From positions 1-41,153 of the forward strand of contig CAJOPV010000066.1 of assembly GCA_905236495.1 (NCBI GenBank): a stretch of 41,153 bases of DNA. The letters run 5' to 3'. Made by a program: the position numbers and the translations under genes. A model generated the notes under the pieces. That model saw nothing but the letters and a program-made list of their open reading frames with translations. It made no database searches and was not told the DNA's origin. This document shows, in pieces, positions 8,446 to 16,170 of this stretch; the first letter of the stretch is position 1; the number at the start of each line of letters is the position of its first letter. The DNA is from an uncultured Christensenellaceae bacterium. GTDB lineage: Bacteria > Bacillota > Clostridia > Christensenellales > Aristaeellaceae.

Positions 8446-8484
8446 AAAACCCGGGGCTGCTTTCAACGGCAGGCCCCGGGTTTT
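8446..8484. terminator. Bidirectional rho-independent terminator between convergent genes
   Basis: Perfect 12-bp arms AAAACCCGGGGC (8446-8457) / GCCCCGGGTTTT (8473-8484). A-run and T-run flanks allow function in both directions. Confidence 0.75.
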
Positions 8485-8490
8485 GCTTTG

Positions 8491-10926
8491 TTACAAAATC
8501 AGATCGGTCACCACGTCGTCCAGCACCGCCATGACGGTGGGCTTGCCCTTGTCCGCCAGGTCCTGCACCGGCAGCATATCGGACATCATGGGGGTCATGG
8601 CGCCGCCGTTTTGCAGCACGGTGAAGGCCCGGGAGGCGGTGATCCGGGCGGCGGCGGCAACGTAGGTGCCGGTGGAGCCGGATTTATTGAAGGAGACGCA
8701 CTTGACGCCCTTGCCGGCCCGGCCCTGGGGATCGAACAGGGCGCCGGTGAGCCGCTTGGCGTAGCCCCGTTCGGTAAAAAGCAGGATCTGATCGGATACG
8801 GCAATGGGGCAGGCCAGGATCACCTCGTCGTCCTGATCCAGCTTCATGCCCTTCACCCCGGCGCTGACCCGGCCCATTTCGGGCACCGTATCCAGCGGGA
8901 AGCGGATGCACATGCCCTTCCGGGAGACCATGAGCAGATCGTCCCCTTCCTCCGCCGGCACGACGCACAGAAGCCGATCGTCCCCCTTCAGGTTCACGGC
9001 GGCGAATTTGGACCGGCGCACGTCGTATTCCGCGGCGCTGGTGCGCTTCACCTGGCCCTGTCTGGTAAAGAAGATGAGGTCGCCCATGGCGTTCAGGCTG
9101 CCAGGCATGATGAGCAGGAGGGACACGCATTTTTCATCCGTTTCCAGCCCCGCCAGCACGCTGCTCAGCGCGCCGCCCCGATCCTTTGGCTTGTTCACCT
9201 CGTTCAGCGCGCCTACCGACAGGGGATAGCAGTTGCCCCGGTCGGTGAAGAAATAGAGGGTATGATCGGATTGGGTGTGGAACAGCCACCGGGCCATATC
9301 CCCTTCCTTTTCCGGCATATCCTGCTTTTCAAAGTACCGGGGAGCCATGCGGCGCAATTGCCCGCCCCGGGTAAGGAACACCACCGCCTCCTCCGGCAGG
9401 GGCGCTTCCTCCACGATGGGGGGCGTATCGTCCTCCTCTTCCTTCACGATCTGGGTACGGCGGTCATCGCCGTACTGATCGGCGATTTCCCGCAGCTCCT
9501 TTTTGATGACGGTGAGCAGCTTCTTTTCGCTTTTCAGGATGCCTTCCAGGGTATCGATGAGCTTGAGGATATCGGCGTATTCCTTCCGCAGGGCTTCGAT
9601 CTCCAGGCCGGTGAGGCGCTGGAGGCGCAGATCCAGGATGGCCTGGGCCTGCACGTCGGTAAAGCCGAAGCGCTCCATCAGCCTTTGCTTGGCTTCTTTG
9701 CCGTTCTTGCTGGCCCGGATCAGGGCAATGACCTCGTCCAGGTTATCCACGGCAACGATGAGCCCCTCCAGGATGTGGGCCCGGGCCTTGGCCTGCTCCA
9801 GTTCGTATTGGGTGCGGCGGGTCACCACGTCCTTCTGATGGCGGATGAAATGGGAAAGCACCGTTTTGAGCCCCATCAGCACCGGCTTGCCAGCCGCCAC
9901 CGCTACCATGTTCACCCCGAAGGTGACCTGCAGATCGCTGTATTTGTACAGATAAGCCAGCACCTTCTGGGGATTGGCTTCTTTTTTCAGCTCGATCACG
10001 GCCCGCAGCCCCGTGCGGTCGCTTTCGTCCCGGATATCGTGGATGCAGCCCAACTGGGCCTTCTTTTCCTCGCTGAGCTTCAGGATTTTTTCCAGCATCT
10101 GGGCTTTCGCCACGCCATATGGCACCTCGGTAATGACGAGCAGGGTGCGCCCGGAGGGCCCCGGCTCTATCTCCACCTTGGCCCGGACAGTCAATTTGCC
10201 CCGGCCCGTTTCGTAGGCGGCGCGGATCTCCGGGGTATCCAGCAGGATGCCGCCGGTGGGGAAGTCCGGCCCCGGCACGGCGCCCATGAGCTGATCCAGG
10301 GAAACATCCTCGTTATCGATCTGCATGCAGACCGCTTCCGTTACCTCCCTCAGGTTATGGGGTGGGATATTGGTGGCAAGGCCCACGGCGATGCCGCTGG
10401 CGCCGTTTACCAGGAGATTGGGGAACCGGGCGGGGAGCAGATCGGGCTCCTTCAGGGTATCGTCAAAATTCAGGCGGAAGGGCACCGTATCCTTTTCGAT
10501 ATCCCGCAGCATCTGCAGCGCCAGGGGGGCCATGCGGGCCTCGGTATAACGCATGGCGGCGGCGCTGTCGCCGTCGATGGAGCCGAAATTGCCGTGCCCG
10601 TCCACCATGACGCCCCGGAGGGAGTAGGGCTGGGCCATGCGGGTCAGGGCGTCATAGACGCTGGTATCCCCGTGGGGGTGATATTTGCCCAGGCAGTCGC
10701 CCACGATGCGGGCGCACTTGCGGTGGGGCTTGTCCGGCGTCAGGCCCAGTTCGTGCATGGTGAAGAGGATGCGCCGCTGCACGGGCTTCAGGCCGTCCTC
10801 CACCCGGGGAATGGCCCGCTCCAGGATCACGTATTCCGCGTAGGGCATCATGGATTGATGCAGCACGTCCTCCAGGGGCGTTTGGATGATCTCCTGCTGG
10901 ATAGGTTCGGGGGGCTGCTTGGGCAT
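8491..10926 (-). CDS. parC: Type IIA DNA topoisomerase subunit A (ParC-like; GyrA family)
   Basis: 811 aa with DGLKPVQRRIL, GKYHPHGD and AAMRYTEARM (catalytic Tyr motif), plus a beta-pinwheel-like C-terminal domain. It is paired B-then-A with the upstream gene. The locus is not next to dnaA/dnaN/recF-type genes. The KPVQRR (rather than KPVHRR) form is, from memory, ParC-like. The ParC versus GyrA assignment is not certain. Confidence 0.8.
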   Translation of the reverse strand: MPKQPPEPIQQEIIQTPLEDVLHQSMMPYAEYVILERAIPRVEDGLKPVQRRILFTMHELGLTPDKPHRKCARIVGDCLGKYHPHGDTSVYDALTRMAQPYSLRGVMVDGHGNFGSIDGDSAAAMRYTEARMAPLALQMLRDIEKDTVPFRLNFDDTLKEPDLLPARFPNLLVNGASGIAVGLATNIPPHNLREVTEAVCMQIDNEDVSLDQLMGAVPGPDFPTGGILLDTPEIRAAYETGRGKLTVRAKVEIEPGPSGRTLLVITEVPYGVAKAQMLEKILKLSEEKKAQLGCIHDIRDESDRTGLRAVIELKKEANPQKVLAYLYKYSDLQVTFGVNMVAVAAGKPVLMGLKTVLSHFIRHQKDVVTRRTQYELEQAKARAHILEGLIVAVDNLDEVIALIRASKNGKEAKQRLMERFGFTDVQAQAILDLRLQRLTGLEIEALRKEYADILKLIDTLEGILKSEKKLLTVIKKELREIADQYGDDRRTQIVKEEEDDTPPIVEEAPLPEEAVVFLTRGGQLRRMAPRYFEKQDMPEKEGDMARWLFHTQSDHTLYFFTDRGNCYPLSVGALNEVNKPKDRGGALSSVLAGLETDEKCVSLLLIMPGSLNAMGDLIFFTRQGQVKRTSAAEYDVRRSKFAAVNLKGDDRLLCVVPAEEGDDLLMVSRKGMCIRFPLDTVPEMGRVSAGVKGMKLDQDDEVILACPIAVSDQILLFTERGYAKRLTGALFDPQGRAGKGVKCVSFNKSGSTGTYVAAAARITASRAFTVLQNGGAMTPMMSDMLPVQDLADKGKPTVMAVLDDVVTDLIL

Positions 10927-10951
10927 AAGTGGATTCCTCCGTTAATGAGCC

Positions 10952-12928
10952 TCAGGATACGGTTTCCGTTTCCCGCTTCAGGTGCTCGTCAAAGTGATCG
11001 GCTTTGTTGAATTCGGCATGCTCGATGATATATTCCCGCCGGGGCTCCACCTTATCGCCCATGAGGACGGTGATGAGGGAATCGGCCTCCGCCGCGTCCT
11101 CGATGGTGACCTGCATGAGCTTGCGGTGGGTGGGGTCCATGGTGGTTTCCCAGAGCTGCTCAGGGTTCATTTCGCCAAGGCCCTTGTATCGCTGCAGGGT
11201 GTAGCCCTTGAGGCCCGTGGTGACCTTCTTTAGCTCCTTATCGTCATAGGCGTACTGGGTGCCGCCGCTCTTTTTGACGGCGTATAGGGGCGGCATGCCG
11301 ATGAATACGTGCCCGTCCGCCACCAGGTCCCGCATGTAGCGGAAAAAGAAGGTGAGCAGGATGGAGCGGATGTGGGCCCCGTCCTGATCCGCGTCCGCCA
11401 GGATGATGACCTTATGGTATTTGAGGGAGGATAGATCGAAGTCCTCCGCGATGCCGGTGCCCAGGGCCGTGATGATGGAACGGAATTCATCGTTTGCCAG
11501 CACCTGGTCCAGCCGCTTTTTTTCCACGTTCAGGGGTTTGCCGCGAAGGGGCAATATGGCCTGGAAGCGCCGGTCCCGGCCCTGCTTGGCGCTGCCGCCG
11601 GCGGAATCGCCCTCCACGATGAAAAGCTCGTTATCCACGGCCTTGCGGCCCGTGCAGGCGCTGAGCTTGCCCACCAGGGGCGTCGCCTCCAGCTGGGATT
11701 TGGCCCGGGCCACGTCCCGGGCTTTCCGGGTGGCTTCCCGCACCTTGGCGCTCTTGACCGCCTTTTCGATGATTTTCTGGCACAGGTCCTGATTTTTCAG
11801 GTTTTCCAGGAATTCATACAGCCGTTCGCTGACGATGGCCTCCACCGCCGGGCGCACCTCGGTGTTCCCCAGGCGGCCTTTGGTCTGGCCCTCGAACTGG
11901 GGGTTTTTCACCATGGTGGTGAGCACCACCGTGATCCCCTCCCGGAAATCCTCGCCGGAGAGGTTGTTATCCTTTTCCTTCAGGGCGCCGATCTTCCGGG
12001 CGTAATCGTTCAGGGATTTTGTCATGGCGGCCCGAAAGCCCATTTCGTGGGTGCCGCCCTCGCCGGTGGGGATGTTGTTCACATAGGAAAAGACGGATTC
12101 GGTGTAGCCGTCGGTGTATTGGATGGCGGCGGCGCAGAGAATATCGTCCTTCTTGCCTTCAAAATAGATGGGCTCGTCGTGGAGGGGCGTTTTATCCCGA
12201 TTCAGGAATTTCACGTAATCCACGATGCCCCCGGCGAAGCAGTACTCGGCCCAGGCCTTGCCTTCTTCCTTGGTGCGCTCATCGGTAAAGGAGATGTTGA
12301 GCCCCTTATTGAGGTAAGCCAATTCCCGCAGGCGGCGGCGCACCGTATCGCCGCTGAACACCGTTTCCTCAAACACCGTATCATCCGGCAGGAAACGGAC
12401 CAGGGTGCCCCGCTTCCGGGTGTTGCCCAGCTTTTCCAGGCCCGTCACCGGGTGGCCCGCCTTCCATTTCTTTTCCTTGGGGTCGAACCAGTTTTCATAC
12501 CGCTGGGCGTAATGGCTCCAATCCCGGAAGATATCCACGGTGAGCCATTTGCTCAGGGCGTTCACCACCGACGCGCCCACGCCGTGCAAACCGCCTGAGT
12601 AGGCATAATTATCATTGCCGAATTTGCCGCCGGCGTGCAGGCGGGTGAAGATCACCTCCACCCCCGGCACCCCCAGCACCGGGTGATTATCCACCGGCAT
12701 GCCCCGCCCGTTATCCCACACGGAGGCGGAGCCGTCCTTGTGCAGCGTCACCGCCACCTCCGTGGCGAAGCCGGCCATTGCCTCGTCGATGGCGTTATCC
12801 ACGATCTCCCACAATAGATGATGCAGCCCCCGGCTGCCCGTGGAGCCGATATACATGCCGGGCCGCATGCGCACCGCGTCCAGCCCCTCCAGGATCTTGA
12901 TACTGCCAGCGTTATAAGACTGCGCCAT
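10952..12928 (-). CDS. parE: Type IIA DNA topoisomerase subunit B (ParE-like; GyrB family)
   Basis: 658 aa with GHKL N-box LHHLLWEIVDNAIDEA, Toprim EGDSAGGSAKQGRDR and PLRGKPLNVEK. It lies immediately upstream of the A subunit. Confidence 0.8.
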   Translation of the reverse strand: MAQSYNAGSIKILEGLDAVRMRPGMYIGSTGSRGLHHLLWEIVDNAIDEAMAGFATEVAVTLHKDGSASVWDNGRGMPVDNHPVLGVPGVEVIFTRLHAGGKFGNDNYAYSGGLHGVGASVVNALSKWLTVDIFRDWSHYAQRYENWFDPKEKKWKAGHPVTGLEKLGNTRKRGTLVRFLPDDTVFEETVFSGDTVRRRLRELAYLNKGLNISFTDERTKEEGKAWAEYCFAGGIVDYVKFLNRDKTPLHDEPIYFEGKKDDILCAAAIQYTDGYTESVFSYVNNIPTGEGGTHEMGFRAAMTKSLNDYARKIGALKEKDNNLSGEDFREGITVVLTTMVKNPQFEGQTKGRLGNTEVRPAVEAIVSERLYEFLENLKNQDLCQKIIEKAVKSAKVREATRKARDVARAKSQLEATPLVGKLSACTGRKAVDNELFIVEGDSAGGSAKQGRDRRFQAILPLRGKPLNVEKKRLDQVLANDEFRSIITALGTGIAEDFDLSSLKYHKVIILADADQDGAHIRSILLTFFFRYMRDLVADGHVFIGMPPLYAVKKSGGTQYAYDDKELKKVTTGLKGYTLQRYKGLGEMNPEQLWETTMDPTHRKLMQVTIEDAAEADSLITVLMGDKVEPRREYIIEHAEFNKADHFDEHLKRETETVS

Positions 12929-12993
12929 AGAGCACCTCGTTTTTCATTGCCTGGCGGCCCGGGAAAGCCCAGCCTCCCGCAGCCACTTATTTC

Positions 12994-13022
12994 ATTATAA
13001 CACAAGATATTGATAATTGCAA
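12994..13022 (-). promoter_or_regulatory. Sigma-A-type promoter for the parE-parC operon
   Basis: On the minus strand: TTGCAA (13022-13017), 17-nt spacer, TGtTATAAT (hexamer 12999-12994). It lies about 65 nt upstream of the parE ATG in an AT-rich island. Confidence 0.55.
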
Positions 13023-13073
13023 AAGTTTCCTACACAAAAGATTGAAAAACATACGAATATTTTTCATCGCGGA

Positions 13074-13102
13074 TTGACTTATCCTGACGCCTGTGATAGA
13101 AT
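13074..13102 (+). promoter_or_regulatory. Sigma-A-type promoter for the SCIFF operon
   Basis: TTGACT (13074-13079), 17-nt spacer, TGaTAGAAT extended -10 (hexamer 13097-13102), 36 nt upstream of the precursor ATG. Confidence 0.6.
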
Positions 13103-13138
13103 AAACGGGAATTTGGAATGCATTGGGAGGATTCTGCC

Positions 13139-13297
13139 ATGAAACACATTCAGACTTTGACTGCCCGCACCCTGTGCGAAAGCGCCAAGAACGGCGGCTG
13201 CGGCGAATGCCAGACCTCTTGCCAGTCTGCCTGCAAGACCAGCTGCGGCATTGCCAATCAGCAGTGCGAAAACAAGGCTCAGCAGGAAAACAAATAA
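13139..13297 (+). CDS. scfA: SCIFF-family (six-Cys-in-forty-five) ranthipeptide precursor peptide, 52 aa
   Basis: Own translation gives MKHIQTLTARTLCESAKNGGCGECQTSCQSACKTSCGIANQQCENKAQQENK. GGGAGG at 13125-13130 lies 8 nt before the ATG. The signature GGCGECQTSCQSACKTSC..NQ.CEN is present. It sits directly upstream of the cognate rSAM/SPASM maturase. It is absent from the ORF track because it is under 60 aa. Confidence 0.9.
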   Translation: MKHIQTLTARTLCESAKNGGCGECQTSCQSACKTSCGIANQQCENKAQQENK

Positions 13298-13314
13298 TCC
13301 TGCTTCTGCGCCAG

Positions 13315-13340
13315 AATGCCGCCCGCAGGCGGCATTTTCT
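13315..13340 (+). terminator. Intra-operon hairpin (candidate partial terminator/attenuator or processing-stability element) between precursor and maturase
   Basis: Perfect 9-bp stem AATGCCGCC (13315-13323) / GGCGGCATT (13328-13336) with loop CGCA, followed by a short T-run (TTCT). Confidence 0.5.
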
Positions 13341-13359
13341 ATGATAAGGGGATTGACGC

Positions 13360-14742
13360 ATGATTCATCGGTATCAATTGGGCGGCATGAACATGGTGGT
13401 GGATACCTGCTCGGGCAGCGTTCACGCGGTGGATGAGATCGCCTACGAGCTCATCGGCCTGTACGAGGACATGCCCCGGGATGAGATCATCCGTGCTTTG
13501 GGCGCCCGTTTTTGCGATCAGGAGGGCGTGACGGAAAAGGACATCGCCGAATGCTACGACCAGGTGACGGCGCTGAAAGAAAACGGGCAGCTTTTCGCCC
13601 CGGATACCTTCGAACCCCTGGCGGGCGAGCTGAAAAGCCGCAGCGCCGGGATCGTGAAGGCGCTATGCCTCCACGTGGCCCACACCTGCAACCTGAACTG
13701 CGCCTACTGCTTTGCCAGCCAGGGGAAATACCACGGGGATCGGGCGCTGATGACGTTTGAAGTGGGAAAGCAGGCCCTGGATTTTCTCATCGCCCATTCC
13801 GGGAATCGGCACAACCTGGAGGTGGATTTTTTCGGCGGGGAGCCGCTGATGAATTTCGACGTGGTGAAGCGTCTGGTGGCCTATGCCCGGAGCATCGAAA
13901 AGCAGCATAACAAGAATTTCCGCTTTACTCTCACCACCAACGGGGTGCTCATCGACGACGACGTGATCGATTTTGCAAACCGGGAATGCAGCAACGTGGT
14001 CTTATCCCTGGACGGACGGAAAGAAGTGCACGATCGGTTCCGGGTGGACTACGCGGGGAAGGGCAGCTGGGATCGGATCGTGCCCAAGTTCCAGCGCTTG
14101 GTGCGGGCCCGGGGCGGGAAAAACTATTACATGCGGGGCACCTTTACCCACCAGAATCCTGATTTTCTCCAGGATATCCAGGCCATGCTGGACCTGGGCT
14201 TTACGGAGCTGAGCATGGAGCCGGTGGTCTGCGCTCCCGGGGATGAAAACGCCCTGACAAAGGAAGATCTGCCCACGGTGCTTCGGCAGTATGAGGAGCT
14301 GGCGGAGCTGATGAAAAAACGCCGGAAGGAGGGCAGGCCCTTTACCTTCTATCATTACATGATCGATCTCAAGGGCGGGCCCTGCGTTTATAAGCGTATT
14401 TCCGGCTGCGGCAGCGGCACGGAATACATGGCGGTGACGCCCTGGGGCGATCTGTACCCCTGCCATCAGTTCGTGGGAGAAGAGCAATTCAGGCTGGGCA
14501 ACGTATGGGAGGGCGTAACCAATCCCGCCGTGCAGCAGGAATTTGCCGACTGCAACGTATATGCCCGGCCCGAATGCCGGGATTGCTGGGCTAAACTGTA
14601 TTGCTCCGGGGGCTGCGCCGCTAACGCTTACCACGCCACCGGCACCGTCCGGGGCGTGTATGCTTACGGGTGCGAGCTGTTCCGCAAGCGCATGGAATGC
14701 GCCATCATGCTGGAGGCCTTCCGGCTGCTGGATGAAGCATGA
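13360..14742 (+). CDS. scfB: SCIFF radical SAM/SPASM maturase (thioether-forming)
   Basis: 460 aa. The N-terminus MIHRYQLGGMNMVVDTCSGSVHAVDE is typical of this family. The radical SAM motif is CNLNCAYC. The C-terminal SPASM motif is CRDCWAKLYCSGGC (Cx2Cx5Cx3C), preceded by CGSGTEYMAVTPWGDLYPC. AAGGGGA lies 7 nt upstream of the ATG. Confidence 0.9.
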   Translation: MIHRYQLGGMNMVVDTCSGSVHAVDEIAYELIGLYEDMPRDEIIRALGARFCDQEGVTEKDIAECYDQVTALKENGQLFAPDTFEPLAGELKSRSAGIVKALCLHVAHTCNLNCAYCFASQGKYHGDRALMTFEVGKQALDFLIAHSGNRHNLEVDFFGGEPLMNFDVVKRLVAYARSIEKQHNKNFRFTLTTNGVLIDDDVIDFANRECSNVVLSLDGRKEVHDRFRVDYAGKGSWDRIVPKFQRLVRARGGKNYYMRGTFTHQNPDFLQDIQAMLDLGFTELSMEPVVCAPGDENALTKEDLPTVLRQYEELAELMKKRRKEGRPFTFYHYMIDLKGGPCVYKRISGCGSGTEYMAVTPWGDLYPCHQFVGEEQFRLGNVWEGVTNPAVQQEFADCNVYARPECRDCWAKLYCSGGCAANAYHATGTVRGVYAYGCELFRKRMECAIMLEAFRLLDEA

Positions 14743-16097
14743 TGGATACGCCGATCTGTGATTTTGTTCGGGCCTACCGGGAGAAGGCGGGCCTCCGGCT
14801 GCATATGCCGGGCCATAAGGGGATAGGGCCCCTGGGCTGCGAACCGTGGGATATCACCGAGATCGTTGGGGCGGATGAACTGTACCGCGCCCGGGGGATC
14901 ATCCGCCGGAGCGAGGAAAATGCCGCCCGGCTCTTTGGCGCGGGGAAAACGGTCTATTCCACCGAAGGCTCCTCCCTGTGCATCCGGGCCATGATCTGCC
15001 TGGCGCTTTTGAACGCCCGGCAGGCAGGCAGGCAGCCCCTGATCCTGGCGGGCCGGAACGCGCACCGGGCGCTGATTTCCGCCGCCGCCCTGACCGGGGC
15101 CGAAATACGGTGGGTTTTCGATGAAAAAGACCAAAGTATGCTTTCCTGCAGCCTCACGCCCGACGCTTTGGAATCCGAGCTGAACGCGCTGGGGGAGCCC
15201 ATCGCCGGGGTATATGTCACCAGCCCGGATTATCTGGGGAACATGCTGGATATCGGGGCCCTGCAGGCGGTATGCAGGCGGCATGATACGCCCTTGCTGG
15301 TTGATAACGCCCACGGGGCTTACCTGAAATTTTTGACCGAGGATCGGCACCCCATGACGCTGGGAGCTGATCTTTGCTGCGATTCGGCCCACAAAACGCT
15401 GCCGGTGCTGACGGGCGGGGCATACCTGCACGTTGGGAAGCGCGCCCCTTCCTTGTTTGCCGAGCAGGCGGAGGAGGCCATGGCCCTGTTCGCCTCCACC
15501 AGCCCGTCTTATCTCACGCTGCAATCCCTGGATGCCTGCAACGCCTGCTTGGACGGGGAATTTCCATTGGCATTGAATCGCCTGGCGGCGCGGGCGGCGG
15601 GAATGAAGGAGAAGCTGAAAGCCTGCGGCTTTGGCCTCACGGGAGACGAGCCTGCCAAAATCACCCTGATGCCCAAGGCCCTGGGCTATACGGGCTATGA
15701 ACTGCAGGCCGTTTTGCGCGCCCGCGGCATGGAATGTGAGTTTGCCGACCCTGATTTTGTGACGCTGATGCTGTCGCCGGCTCTGACGGACGGGGAACTG
15801 GACGCAGCGGAACGGGTGCTTACGGAAATCCGGGCAAAAGCCCCGATCATAGAAGGCCCGCCGCCCCTGCCCAGGCCAAGGCGCGTCCTTTCCATCCGGG
15901 AAGCCGCGCTGCTTCCCTCCAGGGAAGTGCCGACGGAGGAAGCCGCAGGTCGCGTGCTGGCGGACGCTCATGTGGGCTGCCCGCCCTGCGTGCCCATCCT
16001 GATATGCGGGGAAGCCGTGGACGAAGCCGCCCTTGCCTGCTTTCGCTATTACGGCGTGGAAACATGCCGGGTGATCGAAGCCATGGAAAGTCATTAA
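14739..16097 (+). CDS. PLP-dependent decarboxylase, Orn/Lys/Arg decarboxylase (OKR_DC_1) fold
   Basis: 452 aa with LHMPGHKG near the N-terminus, the PLP-Lys motif DSAHKTLP, and a C-terminal GCPPCVPILICGE resembling the family YPPGIP..PGE motif. The ATG overlaps the scfB stop (ATGA, 14739-14742). Confidence 0.8.
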   Translation: MMDTPICDFVRAYREKAGLRLHMPGHKGIGPLGCEPWDITEIVGADELYRARGIIRRSEENAARLFGAGKTVYSTEGSSLCIRAMICLALLNARQAGRQPLILAGRNAHRALISAAALTGAEIRWVFDEKDQSMLSCSLTPDALESELNALGEPIAGVYVTSPDYLGNMLDIGALQAVCRRHDTPLLVDNAHGAYLKFLTEDRHPMTLGADLCCDSAHKTLPVLTGGAYLHVGKRAPSLFAEQAEEAMALFASTSPSYLTLQSLDACNACLDGEFPLALNRLAARAAGMKEKLKACGFGLTGDEPAKITLMPKALGYTGYELQAVLRARGMECEFADPDFVTLMLSPALTDGELDAAERVLTEIRAKAPIIEGPPPLPRPRRVLSIREAALLPSREVPTEEAAGRVLADAHVGCPPCVPILICGEAVDEAALACFRYYGVETCRVIEAMESH

Positions 16098-16112
16098 ACG
16101 GGCTTTCGATGG

Positions 16113-16170
16113 CAGCGCATCGACTTTGTCGATGCGCTGAGCTGCTCTTTCGAGCAGCCTTTTGCTTTGT
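16113..16170. terminator. Tandem hairpin terminator shared by the convergent SCIFF operon and rimO
   Basis: Hairpin 1 is a perfect 12-bp stem CAGCGCATCGAC (16113-16124) / GTCGATGCGCTG (16128-16139). Hairpin 2 is GCTGCTC (16141-16147) / GAGCAGC (16152-16158), followed by CTTTTGCTTTGT. Confidence 0.75.

Noticed and set aside
8488-11010. 840-aa plus-strand ORF, the longest in the track
   Set aside because: It is fully antisense to the well-supported ParC-like gene. Its composition is G/A/H/L/P-rich low-complexity typical of the reverse frame of GC-rich coding DNA. It has no RBS and no recognisable motif.
8491-12928. Calling the topoisomerase pair gyrB-gyrA
   Set aside because: The locus is not in an origin-type context. 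The A subunit has KPVQRR and no obvious GyrA-box (QRRGGKG-like) at the start of its C-terminal domain, so ParE/ParC is preferred. This cannot be settled without phylogeny or the rest of the genome.
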